DNA from: Felis catus
Lineage: Eukaryota
Reading direction: 5' to 3'
DNA length: 64,000 bases
Assembly: GCF_018350175.1 (NCBI RefSeq)
Contig: NC_058368.1
Span: forward strand, 207,454,001-207,518,000
The notes beneath the pieces are model-generated. The model worked only from the letters and a program-made list of their open reading frames with translations. It was not told the DNA's origin and did not search any database. Positions 51,616-64,000 of the stretch are shown one piece after another. Within the stretch, counting starts at the first letter, position 1. Every line of letters begins with the position of its first letter. The position numbers and the translations under genes are program-made.

Positions 51616-51844
51616 TTAAGTTTTTTTTTTTTTTTATGTTTTGCTTATTTTTGAGAGAGAGAGACAGAGAGAAAGACAGAGCGTGAGCAGGGGAGGGCAG
51701 AGAGAGAGGAGACAGAATATGAAGCAGGCTCCAGGCTCTGAGCTTTCAGCACAGAGCCTGATGCAGGGCTTGAACTCACCAGCCATGAGATCGTGACCTG
51801 AACCAAAGTTGGATGTTCAACCGACTGAGCCACCTAGGCACCCC
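51616..51844 (-). mobile_element. CAN-SINE
   Basis: TSD aagatgaaaaatttt at 51601-51615 and 51845-51859. Confidence 0.95.
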
Positions 51845-52159
51845 AAGATGAAAAATTTTATATATCAAGCTAAAATTGTGCAGGCAGGCTGAGTTGGACA
51901 TCATCTTTTATAGAGTAAACAAGCAGAAAATCTGGACACTTCTACGTGAAATCATGCCATACACATTTCCACCTCCATGCTTTTATGCACACCATTCCTC
52001 CTGCCCTTGCATCCCCATCCTTCAAAACCCAAGTCAAATCCTACTTCTTCTAAAACTCTATTTATGACCCTGAAATGGGGTTTCTTCCTGTCGGGAACCT
52101 GTGTAGCACTTACCTGTGCTGTTCATTTGGCACATGTGTATTCGTCTTTGGATTCTTTT

Positions 52160-52238
52160 GTTTTAAAGTTTATTTACTTATTTTGAGAAATCACACACAA
52201 GCGGGGTAGGGGCAGAGAGCGAGAGAGAGCGAATCCCA
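52160..52238 (-). mobile_element. CAN-SINE 3' fragment
   Basis: gtttatttacttattttgaga...ggggcagagagcgagagagagcgaatcccaa. Confidence 0.7.
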
Positions 52239-53142
52239 AAAGTTTGGGTCGTGGTCTAGAGACATGGAAGAATTTCTGCTTTTGTGTCGAACTCAGTTAC
52301 AACTATGCAGATCAAACCTCCGTCTTGGCCTCCTTGGTCTAGAACCCCATATTCCAGAGGCAGTCTAGATAGCAATGACTGTTCCTCCAATAAACAGAAG
52401 TGTTCTTCTCAGAGAATGCTTCTTGTTCATACGTTGCTTTGAGCCCTACAACTCAAACTTAACTTCTTTTAAGTTAAATAAGGTTTCTATTTCTGAATTG
52501 AACCTTTCCAAATAAAAATATTTTGCTGGGAGGAAAAAGTAGAACTTTTGAGAATGCCTTGTCAGGATGCTGAAATTTTTGTGTTTCCCTTTGGAAAATA
52601 TAATAGAGATGATATAAGCCTGGAGGGAATGAGGTTCTTGACAAGCAGTGAGGCAGATGGAGGAAAAAGCTTAAGTTTAAAGAGCATGGGGAGAGAAAGA
52701 GCCCCAATGTTGATTCGTAGATTAAAAATTACATGCATATGTTATACTGCCCCCCTGAGATGCTCTGTTCTCAAATAATTTAAATAGGTGGTATTACAGA
52801 GTTGGCTTTTAGTTCACTAAGGGAAGTTAGCTGAGAGTTACAACACTGGGGTTAAGATTCTAGGAGCCAGATGGTCCCTTGCTCCCTACTTACTGCATAT
52901 CTTTCATTGTAGTCTCCACAGTGCCGAGGTTGCCTGGAAGTTTATAAGGTCTTCCTAAGGTGTGCCTCCTGCCAGAGATGTAAAGCAGAAGTGAGCAGGC
53001 TCTTGCTTCTGTTCCTGATTATATCACGCATATGTTGGGGGCGGGGGGCTGAGCCAAAGCTCTCTCTTTCCCCAGCTACAGAGGACTGCCTTGCATTAGC
53101 TCCTGGTATCGCCATACCTAATGCTACTCTGTTCATTCTCAG

Positions 53143-53281
53143 CATCAACATCTTAGGGATGGATCCCCTAAGCACACCTTTTGACAATGAGTTCTACAAT
53201 GGATTCTGTGACCGGGTGCGGGACGGAAATACCTTGGTCTACTACCGCAGGCCCTGGAACGTGGCTTCTCTGGCCTATGAA
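53143..53281 (+). CDS. C9: C9 exon 5 (MACPF)
   Basis: ttctcag acceptor; [46 protein letters not shown]; donor gtaagt; 139 nt. Confidence 0.96.
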
Positions 53282-53850
53282 GTAAGTCTCAGAAGCGACC
53301 ACATTGCCCAACTTTTAGCTGAAAAGCCACTTCAATAAGTTTAACACTAAATAATTTGAAAAGTCCAGTGGAATTAGAATTTGATGTGAATATAAGACTG
53401 ACTTAAAGAAAAAGGGGTGTGGCTTCAATCTCTTTTGAAAACACACGGTGGTCTACAGCCAATCTTCAGTAATGTGCACATAGCAATAGAGTTTTGGCAA
53501 ATACCTAGACCCCATAAAGAGAATCATCTAAGATCCTGATAAAACTAAAAATTAAATTAATGCTGATTTAAGTACTGGGTACACTGCTTGCATGCTCTTC
53601 AAGACCATTTTTTTGCTAGCCTACCAGTGAAAACCCATCTTTATATTCCCCTTGGTAAAGCCTGCTTGACTAATGTGAATGGCTCTTTTCACTAACCTCA
53701 CACCTCTCTAGCTCCTGTAAAGCTATTTCTTAAAATGACTTTTACTCTACACAATGCCACCCCAAACGTAATCATCTTCCTAAAAGTCACCTAAATTCTC
53801 TAGAACCATCACAAACTAGACCTGTCCGTTTAAAAGATTAGTATTTATCT

Positions 53851-54017
53851 GGGGCACCTGGGTGGCTCAGTCGGTTGAGCATCCAATTTCGGCTCAGGTC
53901 ATGATCTCGCAGTCTGTGAGTTCGAGCCCCGCGTCGGGCTCTGTGCTGACAGCTCAGAGCCTGGAGCCTGCTTCTGGATTCTGTGTCTCCCTCCCTCTCT
54001 GCCCCTCTCCCGCCCAT

Positions 54018-54065
<48 letters not shown>

Positions 54066-54102
54066 AAAAATAAATAAACATTTAAAAAAATTTTTAAATA
54101 AA
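53851..54102 (+). mobile_element. CAN-SINE with expanded (CT)n
   Basis: TSD taaaaSattagtatttatc at 53831-53849 and 54103-54121. Confidence 0.95.
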
Positions 54103-55317
54103 TAAAACATTAGTATTTATCACCTTTAGAGAGACTTGATCTAAGCAAGATATAATAAAGAACAATAATTGGCTTATTCTGAACCAGAAGCGACAACAAT
54201 TTGTTTTCTTAAATGGTCTCATGGGTGACCCATAAAGTTTGTTTTATTCAGTTTTCACAGAGTCCTTTATTACTATTGTTACTCACAATGGTTTCAAAAA
54301 CACATACACTTTTAAATGAATACAGTTGATATTTCTATTATTTTTAACAATGTTGTAAAACAATACCTACCCATTATAACCTGAAGTGATCACGCTTTCC
54401 CGTAAATACTAAAGAGTTTAAAGTCTGAACTATTTGGAGGGCATTTTTTTCCATATGCAACCACATCACCCTATATTTTTGTACCTGTAAGTCCAGAATG
54501 GAATTGATTTTCCCCCAAATTTCAGGGAACATATTGGATTATTGATCTTTCCCCGTCGATGCCAGATTTACCCTCTTTAAGCACACATTTTTTGAGGGGA
54601 AGACGATCTTTCTAAGGAGTATTACAAATGTTCCACTTTCTTAAAAAAAAGAACATACCAAAGATAAGGTGACCTTTGTCATTGCTGATGGAAGAAGGGC
54701 TTGTTGTCTTACTTAATTTTGTTTCTCATCTGCGTCACAGTTTTCCTGTCGTCACTGTGACCAGCCTCTTGGCTCCTCTATAGGTAGGAATGGCTGCAAG
54801 TGACACAAGATGGTGAGGGCTGGGGCATTGCGAGGGACTGACCCTGAAGCTACATTCGGAGAGCAAATACAGTGTTTTCTCTTATTTGCAACCCTGGAAA
54901 CAGAGGGACTTCTGCATTCAGAGTAGTTTGGATTTTACAGAGGAGATGTGTTGCTTACCCTGTATATTACTTACACCCCCTGGGGAGCTGGGAGTAGCGT
55001 CCCATAACCAAACACATTGGATGTGGACCTGGATTTTTAGTTGGTGTCAACTGATAGGATAAGTTGGCTGGGAGTTTGCTAACGTCCCCAAATCACCTTC
55101 TTGGTGCTACAACTGCTGGTGCTCCCCCCACTCTAATCTGTTGTAGGCTTGGGAAATAGCCAAATTTGTTTCTGCCATACAGAAAAGAACCTAAGTGGAA
55201 ATCTCTATTTTGACTTCTTAGAATTTCTTTTTGCACTTTCTAATAATATTCAATGTAATATTTTACCTCTTTTTTCATGCATATTATTACAGTAATTGAA
55301 GGCAAAGAATGCATTTT

Positions 55318-55763
55318 TATTTTATTTTATTTTGTTTTGTTTCATTTTATTTTATTTAAATTCAAGTTAGTTAACATATAGTATAATAATGGTTTCAGAG
55401 AATAATTTAGTGATTCACCACTTGCATATAACACCCAGTGCTCATCCCAACAAGTGCCTTCCTTAATGCCCATCACCCAATTAGCCATCCCCCCACTCAA
55501 CGTCCATCTAGCAGCCCTTAGTTTGTTCTCAGTATTGAAGAGTCTCTTGTGGTTTGCCTCCCTCTCTGTTTTTATTTTATTTTTGCCTCTCTTCCCCTAT
55601 GTTTATCTGTTTTGTGTCTTAAATTCCACATATGAGTGAAATAATATATTTGTCTTTCTCTGAATGGCTTATTTCACTTAGCATAATACATTCTAATTCC
55701 ATCACATTGTTGCAAATGGCAAGATTCATTCTTTTTGATTGCCAAGTAATATTCCATTGTGTA

Positions 55764-55838
<75 letters not shown>

Positions 55839-55843
55839 CCATC
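55318..55843 (-). mobile_element. Carnivore L1 3' fragment containing a (TG)n(TA)n microsatellite (55758-55837)
   Basis: TSD tgaaggcaaagaatKcatttt at 55297-55317 and 55844-55864. Confidence 0.92.
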
Positions 55844-56109
55844 TGAAGGCAAAGAATTCATTTTATACTTCTTTATATCCTATTATACTAATACCCAACT
55901 CAATATATGTATATGGAATATGCTCAACAAGTTTTTATTGGATGAATTCATTTGTTTAAATCCTATATTATTACTCATTGACAATAATTTACTGCTTTTA
56001 TTTTTTTTGAAAGAACTTTACTGGCCTATCATGATATGAAGAATATTTCTTAATAAAGTCATTTTTCCCTGATACCTTCACACTCTCTCAGTGGCCTCTT
56101 ATCTCAAAT

Positions 56110-56325
56110 GTGGCTCTGGTTCTAGAACACACTGCATAGGTTGGAATCCCAATTCTGCCCCTAAGCAGTGGTGAGATCTCAGGCATATCATTTATCCTCA
56201 TCATGCCTCAGTTTACTCATCTTTAGAATAGAAATAATGATACCTACCTTGTAAAGATAAATGAATCTAAAACACTCAGGAAATTAGTGGCACATAGCAA
56301 ACACTCAATAAATATTTGTATTATT
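56110..56325 (+). mobile_element. MIR relic
   Basis: ggttggaatcccaattctgcc...gcctcagtttactcatct MIR core. Confidence 0.65.
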
Positions 56326-57896
56326 CTTTCTTAAGAATATAATTAGTAAAAGGCTTAGCTACAATTAAGTGTGTAATTAACAGTCACATTACATGTCAAG
56401 GTTTATTGGCTACTTTGTAAGTCAGAAGTAATGGCTAAGAACCACTGAAGCCCGCAATTATGGGGGAAAAGCAGTGATGGTTACATGCACAAATCAGTTC
56501 CTTTTCACTTGTTTTCCTCTGGTCCTCTCCACTTTTGTTGTTGAAAGTCATGATTTGTAAATCAGGTTTCAGGTTTTCATTACAATTTTCTTTAAACTGG
56601 ATCACCATAAGTATGTAAGATTTATGAGATCAACAAAGAATTGTAAAATGCACTTGGATTATAATCGTCTTTTCCTGCCCAAATCCTGCCAAAACCCTGG
56701 GTGACTTATATCTTGTGGCTGCCAATAACTTCTTGTTGCCTCTTAACATCCTGTATCTATTCTACGACAGCTACTCACATCTGGAGCCCCATCCTTAACC
56801 TGTGTTCACCAAAACAGTGCTGTCTCTGAAAAATCTGAACATCAGGAAATCGAACATTTAACTCTTTGCCTCACTGCAACTGACCAGTCTCTCTGCTCTC
56901 ACATTTATTTAGACCACAGGCCTACTCTTGGGCCCCATGGAGACCCAGTTGTTTGGCATCTATTTTCCTCCCAGTTGATCTTACATAACAAATAAACTCA
57001 CCATGGCTGTAAGGTATGGAGACAGACAGACAAAAGTGACCCCCTCCCCCCCACTGGATGATGATAGGCCACCAAAAAAGCTGTGGGAAGTCAGGGAAGA
57101 GGGAGTCCGCCAAAAAAAGAGTCAAAGTCAATTCCAAGAACAAGATAATGATTTGAGTGTTGATAATTTTGAGTGTGAGGTTCTGTGTGACGTCTAGGTG
57201 AAGTTGTCCTGCAAAGAGTAGATTAGACAAATGTGAGACAGAACAATCTGAATTGGAGGCAGACATTTAGGAATCATCAGCATGCAGATGGTCATTAAAA
57301 GCCTGAGAGTGCTTGAGATCCTCCAGGAAGCATACAATGAGAGAACAAAGAACATAGGAATGAGGTCCTAGAGCGCAGCTAACATTTAAGACACAGGCAG
57401 GGAAAATGATCTCTTGAAGACACTGGCTAAATTTCAAATTACCCCCAAATTTAGTAGCTAAACAATTAGGCTGAGGGCGGCTCCTGAGATTGCAGTCAGT
57501 CTCTTCTTTCTAGGTCCTTCTCTCAATTAGTGAGAGATGGCATTAGTAATAATAATAGATAATAGATGGTTTTATTATCTATCTGCACAAAGTCTCAGTG
57601 GCCTCTAACAGTTTTATCTCTTTACCTTCTATTTCCAGTCACTCTCCCACCTCTCCCTTTCAATTTGAACTCTGAAATATTTATCGGTTGTATTCTATCT
57701 CCTCCACTCCCAGTGCCAGAAGTAATTGTTCTTTCTTTTCAAGAAGTATCAGTTGGATAAACCTTTATATAGGAGAGCTTTAACTGACCTTTATAATGTG
57801 CATGGCCTTCTGGAACACCCTTTGCCCCTCTTTGTAATTTCAGCTTCTCCACATCGGTTTATTTTGGTTTTCATAAAGAAACTTGCGGGTGTTTCT

Positions 57897-58095
57897 TTGC
57901 GTGTGGGTGGCTCAGTCAGTAAGTGTCCAACTCTTGATTTCAGCTCGGGTCATGAACTCCTACTTTGTGAGAACAAGCCCCGCCCTGGGCTCTGTGCTGA
58001 CAGCACAGAGTCTGCTTGGGATTCTCTCTCTGCTGCCTCTCCCCCACTTGCATGCATGCTCTCTCCCTCAGAAGAAATAAATAAACATTAAATAA
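57897..58095 (+). mobile_element. Older CAN-SINE
   Basis: gggtggctcagtcagtaagtgtccaactcttgatttcagc ... aaataaataaacatta. Confidence 0.85.
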
Positions 58096-58655
58096 GAAGG
58101 AAAGAACCTTGCTTCTATCCTTGCATCATCCTGCTTTCTATAATCTTGCCTCTTGGCCTCTCTTTAAAGATTTTTTGCTCTTTCTTCATGATGAGTCCCA
58201 ATATTGGTCCATCTCTGAATGCCTGGCATTGAGCTCAGACTTCTTTTTGGATGAATGGATATTTTTTTTGCCTTTTTCAACCCAGCTTTTGTCTCTGTGC
58301 TTTCTAGAGTGACCTCACCTTCACTGTTTCAGACTCACTACTATCATCCTGGCATAGTGAGACAGGATTGCTCAACAGCACCCTAACACCCTGGCTAATA
58401 TTCTCTTACACCTACAAGCAATCCTCCACACTGCTAAGCTGATCTCTGCCAGTGCCAGTTTCTTTCTAGCCATGTCAGGAATAAGTGCGGGTGCCTACAG
58501 ATTACACCACTCCTATCTTGCAGCCAATTAGAACACAGTAGCTAAGAAGAGCTCAGTCTTCCAGGGGAGTTAGGGAGTAGTTTCCTGGTGCCATTTTGCT
58601 CGGCTTTGCCCCTTCCCAGCATTGAAGACTGAGTAGAATTGTCTTCCGTTGCTAC

Positions 58656-58918
58656 TGTTAGAATAGATTGTCAAGTTTTAACAGGATAAAGATCAACAAC
58701 AAGGAAGTCATGGCCTACTATCAGGAAGGTCAGAGGCCTATCCTGGCAGTACTCCAGATGGAACTGGATAAAACCAGACAGGCCTAAAATGGCAGGTGCC
58801 ATGACAGGAAACCCCTGACCAAATTAGGGAGAAAAAGCACAAGGCCCTGCTTCTGGCCATATTCTGCCCCTTAGTTAATAACCATCAATAAAAGATAGAA
58901 ACCCAACCCCCAGGGTAC

Positions 58919-58968
<50 letters not shown>

Positions 58969-59157
58969 TAATCACCTATATAAAGAATGTATCTTTTACT
59001 TTAATAAACTTTTCCATTTATGTCACTCATCCACTGTGTTGAGTGTCTGTCCTCAAATTCTTTCTCAGGTCAAGACCAACAAGTCACCTTCCCTGACTCC
59101 CTCCGGGTGGGCTGGGTCAAGGCCCTAGGGCCCGGGGTCTCCCCAGCTCACCCAACA
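58656..59157 (+). mobile_element. ERV solo LTR (~500 bp) with internal (CT)n
   Basis: TGTT...AACA inverted termini; 4-bp flanks ctac/atac; TATA-like and AATAAA motifs. Confidence 0.75.
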
Positions 59158-59387
59158 ATACTTCCACTAGCCTTAGATCTCAAGGCAACAAAAATCCTAT
59201 TCATGTTTCAAAGGCTAAGTTCAAGGCAACCTTTTCCGTGAATCTTTTCTTTATTTTACTAGTCAGAATTTGTCAATCCCTCTTTGGCAGTGTAGCATAA
59301 GAATTAACAGCTCGGCCCTGGAATCAGACTTTCTGGGTTTCAATGCTAGATGGACCACTTCCTAGCTGTGTGACCTTGGACAAATTT

Positions 59388-59605
59388 CTTTCTTTTTTTT
59401 AATGTTTTTATTTATTTTTGAGACAGAGAGAGACAGAGGATGAGCAGGGGAGCGGCAGAGAGAGAGGGAGACACAGAATCTGAAGCAGGCTCCAGGCTCT
59501 GAGCTGTCAGCACCGAGCCTGATGCAGGGCTTGAACCCACGAATTGTGAGATCATGACCTGAGCAGAAGTCGGACGCTTAACCGACTGAGCCACCCAGGC
59601 GCCCC
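59388..59605 (-). mobile_element. CAN-SINE splitting a MIR (59286-59757)
   Basis: TSD tggacaaattt at 59377-59387 and 59606-59616; MIR core continues on both sides. Confidence 0.95.
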
Positions 59606-60462
59606 TGGACAAATTTAACCTGCGTTTTCTTATTGGTAAAATGGGGAAGATTACAGAAATCATCTTAAAGATAAGAAATTAAATGTCTGATCCTACATAA
59701 AACACTTTTAACAGCCTCTGGCACAGAGTAAGCACTCAATAAATATTCACTATTATGGTTAGCAACATTGGACCTGCATATTAAATTTAATACATTTTTG
59801 TTAGTATCTACTACGTGACAGACACTTTACCAAGTCACGAGGCGATAGTGGTGTGTGGATAAGATAGACATGTTTCCAGACTTTTTGGAACTTACCATCT
59901 GAAAGTCTATTAAATAAGCAATCATAAAAGAAAAGGTCTTTCATTTTGTTTTACTTTAAAAGACATGACAGCTTATAGAAAATGGTTTGCAAGTCTGTGA
60001 GATTAGAAAAGACCCCTCCCCACTGAAGAAGTGATGTTTAAGCTACGATTTGAAATAGGAGTGGGAATTAACCAGGTCCAGCTTTATAGTGTGTGTATGT
60101 GAGAGAACGTGTATGTGTTTGGATTATGGGAGGATGGGGGGAGGGGGAAAAGATGTCAGAGAACATTCCAGAAAGTGAAAGCAGAATAAATGGGCCCTTT
60201 GGTAGCAGGAAGCATAGGCTGTGGAAATAGAAGAGTGTCTAAAGGGCTGGAGTACCCTCAGGGAGAGATTAACTTGGAGTAAGTCTAGTTTAGACTACCT
60301 CTTAAAGGCAGTGGGAAGACTGAAAATTTTTAAGCAGGGAAGTGACATGGTTAAGTTACTTTCCCCCTTTATATTGAGCACTTTCCCCAGGATGCCTTGA
60401 TTTAATGAAAACTGTACACATTTTAGTCATTTCCATTAATTAGATGCTAACTTTAGTTTCCC

Positions 60463-60800
60463 CGTCTGAGTCCATTCACGTCAGTATGACAAAATACCAC
60501 AAACAGAGTAGCTTAGAAAAAGCAGAAATTTATTTCTCACAGTTCTGGAGATGAGAATATCAGAAGTTCTGGAAGTCCAAGATCAGAGTGCTAATCTGGT
60601 TGAGTTAAGGTCCTCTATCAGGCTACAAACTTTTCACATCCTCACATCCTGGAAGGGGCTAGGGAGCTCTTTGGGGTCACGGGTATGAGAGCAGTAATCT
60701 CATTTGTGAAAGCCCCTCCCAAAGGCCACATCTCCTACCATCACATCGGGCACTGGGATTTTAACATATGCTATGAAACTTAAAGTTTCAGACGATAGCA
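60463..60800 (-). mobile_element. MaLR solo LTR (MLT1A-like)
   Basis: acaaaataccaca...cagaaatttatttctcacagttctggag...ttcagacgatagca. Confidence 0.8.
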
Positions 60801-61827
60801 TTCCCTGTGCGGAACAGTCCCCCAGTATATGCTAGGGAATCTGGTCCCAGCCACTGACTGAAGACATGGGCGTCTCTTTCTCACACTGGAGCGACAGCCT
60901 ATCGCAGAGGACCTCTGGAAAGAGAGGTTAATCACTGAGACTAGCAACCCTCCCACTCATATCTGACAATTGCCAAGTTGGCTAAGAATTTTTTAATTGA
61001 AAGTTTTAATTTTTAACTAGGTTGTTCAGTTCAGGGTATTTTTTTTCCATGCAAAAAAAATGAATATGGTATAAAAAAAATGTGAAAAAGTCTGAACATC
61101 ACAAAAGATTATTCAAGGAAATATAAGCCTGCTGCCACTCAAGATTTCCAGATTTCCATTCCACAGTTTCCCTTTTCAAGGGCAAACACTCTCTGCGTTG
61201 TCTATTTTTCCAGTAATTTCCTATGCACGTAAAAGCCTTTTTTTGCTTGCTTGTTTTCCCTTATTTATTTATTTATTTATTTACTTACTTTTTAACAGAC
61301 AGTAGAAGTGTAAAGGTTAAGAGACAATGCAGAACTTAACCTTCCTGCTTAAATTAACCAACATGCAGAAACTATTCAAAACCGAGCTGGCCCAGAAGCC
61401 TTCGTGGTCAAGATTAGCTTTATCATTTCTTTCTTCCTTTCTTTTTTTTACACAAATGAAAGTATATTGCACATCTGTTACACAAATTGTTCTGTAATTA
61501 TTAACATATCTAACATCTGAAAGTTTCGCTGCGTTCTCAGCCCTTCCTATGCGGTGTCTCATTGTATTATCTCATAACACCCTTTGGGCTCCCTCTGGTG
61601 AGTCTCTCTATTTCGTGGAAGGAATCTGACACACAAGAGAAGTTACTGTGTCCTGTTCTCAGAATCATGGAGCCCGTACTGGAGTCCAGCCATGTCGCTT
61701 CAGTGCTTCACTCTTAACTCCTTTGCTCAAATACCTTTCAAATCATTGCTTGATTTTTATTTTATTCCATGCTTATTTAGGGTGGTTTTCTGTATGTTGT
61801 TTTTAACATCTCGTGATTCTCTTTTAG

Positions 61828-62097
61828 ACCAAAGCCGACAAAAACTTCAGAACTGAATATTATGAAGAACAGATGCAAGCATTCAAACAAATTGTCCAAG
61901 AGAGGACATCGAATTTTAACGCAGATATAAATTTAAAATTCATACCTACGGAAGCAATTGAACAGTCCAAAAGTAAACTTCAAGAAACTTCTGACAATAA
62001 AGCACCCCTAGGTCTTACAAAGGCCGAGGCTAAATTTCGATTTGGGTATTCCAAAAATGAAACTTACCAACTGTTTTTGACACATTCTTCAAAGAAG
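61828..62097 (+). CDS. C9: C9 exon 6 (MACPF, TMH1 region); gene continues beyond the window
   Basis: cttttag acceptor; TKADKNFRTEYYEEQMQAFK...FRFGYSKNETYQLFLTHSSKK; donor gtaagt; 270 nt, phase 0-0. Confidence 0.95.
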
Positions 62098-62166
62098 GTA
62101 AGTTCAAACACTTAAACAGAGAATATGATGGGATATTTTTCAAAATAACCAAACCCCTTCTTCATG

Positions 62167-62386
62167 TTTTTTAATTTTTTTTAATGTTTATTTATTCTTG
62201 AGAGTGAGAGAGACAGAGCATGAGTGGAGGATGGACAGAGAGAGAGGGAGACAAAGAATCCGTAGCAGGTTCCAGCCTCAGAGCTGTCAGCATAGACCCC
62301 GATGCAGGGCTCGAACTCAGGAACCGCGAGATCACCACCTGAGCCGAAGTCGGACGCCCAGCCAACTGAGCCACCCAGGCATCCCC
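62167..62386 (-). mobile_element. CAN-SINE 70 nt downstream of C9 exon 6
   Basis: Poly-T tail, body, ends gagccacccaggcatcccc. Confidence 0.93.
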
Positions 62387-62419
62387 CTCTTTTATTTATT
62401 TATTTTTTAAGATATGGGT

Positions 62420-62642
62420 TTTTAAAATTTTTTTTCTTTATTTGTAAAGTTTATTTTTATTTTGAGAGAGAGAGAGAGTGAGGAGGGAATGGACAGAGAG
62501 AGAGAGAGAGAGAGAGAGAGAATCCCAGGCAGGCTCCACGCTGACACTGATGTAGGGCTTGAACTCACAAACCATGAGATCATGACTTGAACCCAAACCA
62601 AGAGTCAGTGCTTAACAGATGAAGCCATGCAGGCACTCCCCC
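62420..62642 (-). mobile_element. Second, older CAN-SINE in tandem
   Basis: (GA)n, gaatcccaggcaggctccacgctg...gagatcatgacttga. Confidence 0.88.
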
Positions 62643-63389
62643 AAAACTGTTTCTTTTAAGTGTTTGGAGCACATAGAGCTCATTGGAAAGAGAGAGAAAA
62701 AAGAGAGAGAGGTAATAATAGTCAACAAATCCTCAAATATGTAGCTAGAAGGTCAAGAAGAAGAATGCAGACTAGAGAAGAACTTGACAGGATCTGCAGT
62801 AGTATAAGGGGGTGAGATGTTTGGTGGTGACGAACAGAGAACGAGCGTATTTAGAATTCAGAGCATACCTTTGGACTGAGATTGTGGTAATAGACTGTTC
62901 AATTTATACTATCTTCAGAATTACAATGAAGAATCATACTGAGGAATGTTGGTAATTTACTGCAATGCCTTACACTGATGGCTATGTACTTACTATAAAG
63001 TGTCTCTAAAGTAATGATGCCATGAAATTATACACGTAGCATATGAAACTTGTCTGCTTCCTTTGTAATCACACCCTTAGTTTGAAGCTTTGCAAATGTG
63101 TTTGTTTTTTAATATTGAATCCCAATTTAGAATTTTGTTTCATCCCCTTTGAAATAAATATAGAATATACTTTCTGTAATCAGTATGATGCTGGTAAAAC
63201 GTTCCTTCTTCATTTTCTGATAACACAGTCACTTATTTAGATACCCTCTCCTCCTTTAAAAAATAATAATAATTCACTCTTAGTACTTTGCTCAATCATT
63301 ATAATTGTTTTGTATGGGTCTGTACATTGTCTCTATATTAACATGCATACCCATCCAAAGTATGTAGTTGGAAAATCCTTTAAGTCATG

Positions 63390-64000
63390 CAGAAAATATT
63401 TAATGTAGATTTCCTACGTGGCCAGGCACCGTTCCAGGTACTTAGGATACATTTGTGAACCAAACTAGAAAAGATTCCGGTCCTCATGGAACTGAAAGTT
63501 CATCGCAGAGAGATAGATAAAATAAACATAAGCGCAAAATAGCAAACCACATAGTATTTAGAAAGTGTTAAGTGCTATGGAATAAAGTGAAAAGTAGAGT
63601 AACAGAAGGGAAGTCAGGAGTGCTGGGAAAATGGCAGTATTAAAAAGAAAGCTCAAGGAAATCTGAGTGAAGATTTGAAGGAGAGGAAATAACCAAATAG
63701 TCATATTTGGGATGATGCACCTGGCAAAAGGAACTGTTAGAGACGAGCGTATCTGTCCATTGGCCCAGAGTGAACCAGAAGGAGAATAAGTTAGAAAGGT
63801 TACCCTGAACCAGGTCATGAAATTTAGCTTTTTCTCTGAGTGGTATGGGAGGTCACTAGAATTATTTTTTAATAGAAGATTGACATACTCTAATATAATT
63901 TAAATGATAAGAAATATGAGAGTTAAGAGCAAAAGCAAGATTTGTTGAAAGCTATTGTAAGAATCCAGGCGAGTGATGATGGACACAAGTGTAGAGTCAA
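63390..64000 (-). mobile_element. L2 relic (3' end, antisense)
   Basis: cctacgtggccaggcaccgttccaggtacttaggataca...gtcctcatggaactga. Confidence 0.65.

Noticed and set aside
58440..58655. Unassigned CCAAT/GCCATTTT-containing segment next to the LTR
   Set aside because: Could not assign it to a repeat family or gene; the motifs are too short to support a claim.
1..64000. CRISPR arrays, operons or prokaryotic defence systems
   Set aside because: The sequence is intron-exon mammalian DNA; no regularly spaced repeat-spacer structure was seen.

Overview
Mammalian genomic DNA, most likely a felid: it carries many tRNA-derived CAN-SINEs, including a young SINEC_Fc-like copy, plus carnivore L1 3' ends. 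Two tandem + strand genes are present. (1) The 3' two-thirds of DAB2 (Disabled-2 endocytic adaptor): nine coding exons from 33 to the TAA at 13848-13850, a last intron just after the stop, and a terminal 3'UTR exon 15534-~17290. (2) The 5' half of complement C9: promoter and exons 1-6, ATG at 30154, encoding signal peptide, TSP1, LDLRA and the start of MACPF. All exons have open frames and compatible phases; exon numbers are by analogy to my recollection of the human genes. The rest is SINE, L1, L2, MIR, MaLR/ERV LTR and hAT relics plus microsatellites. Best unexplained signals: (a) a ~200-bp tandem duplication that created a second copy of DAB2 exon 9, which kept its acceptor and frame, lost its donor, and runs into TAG plus two AATAAA, so it is a candidate alternative last exon for a PTB-only DAB2; (b) a 5'-inverted L1 inserted at the predicted branch point of C9 exon 4, with an in-frame cryptic acceptor; (c) candidate poison exons in DAB2. 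No prokaryotic-type systems. Repeat family names come from pattern recognition, not database searches.
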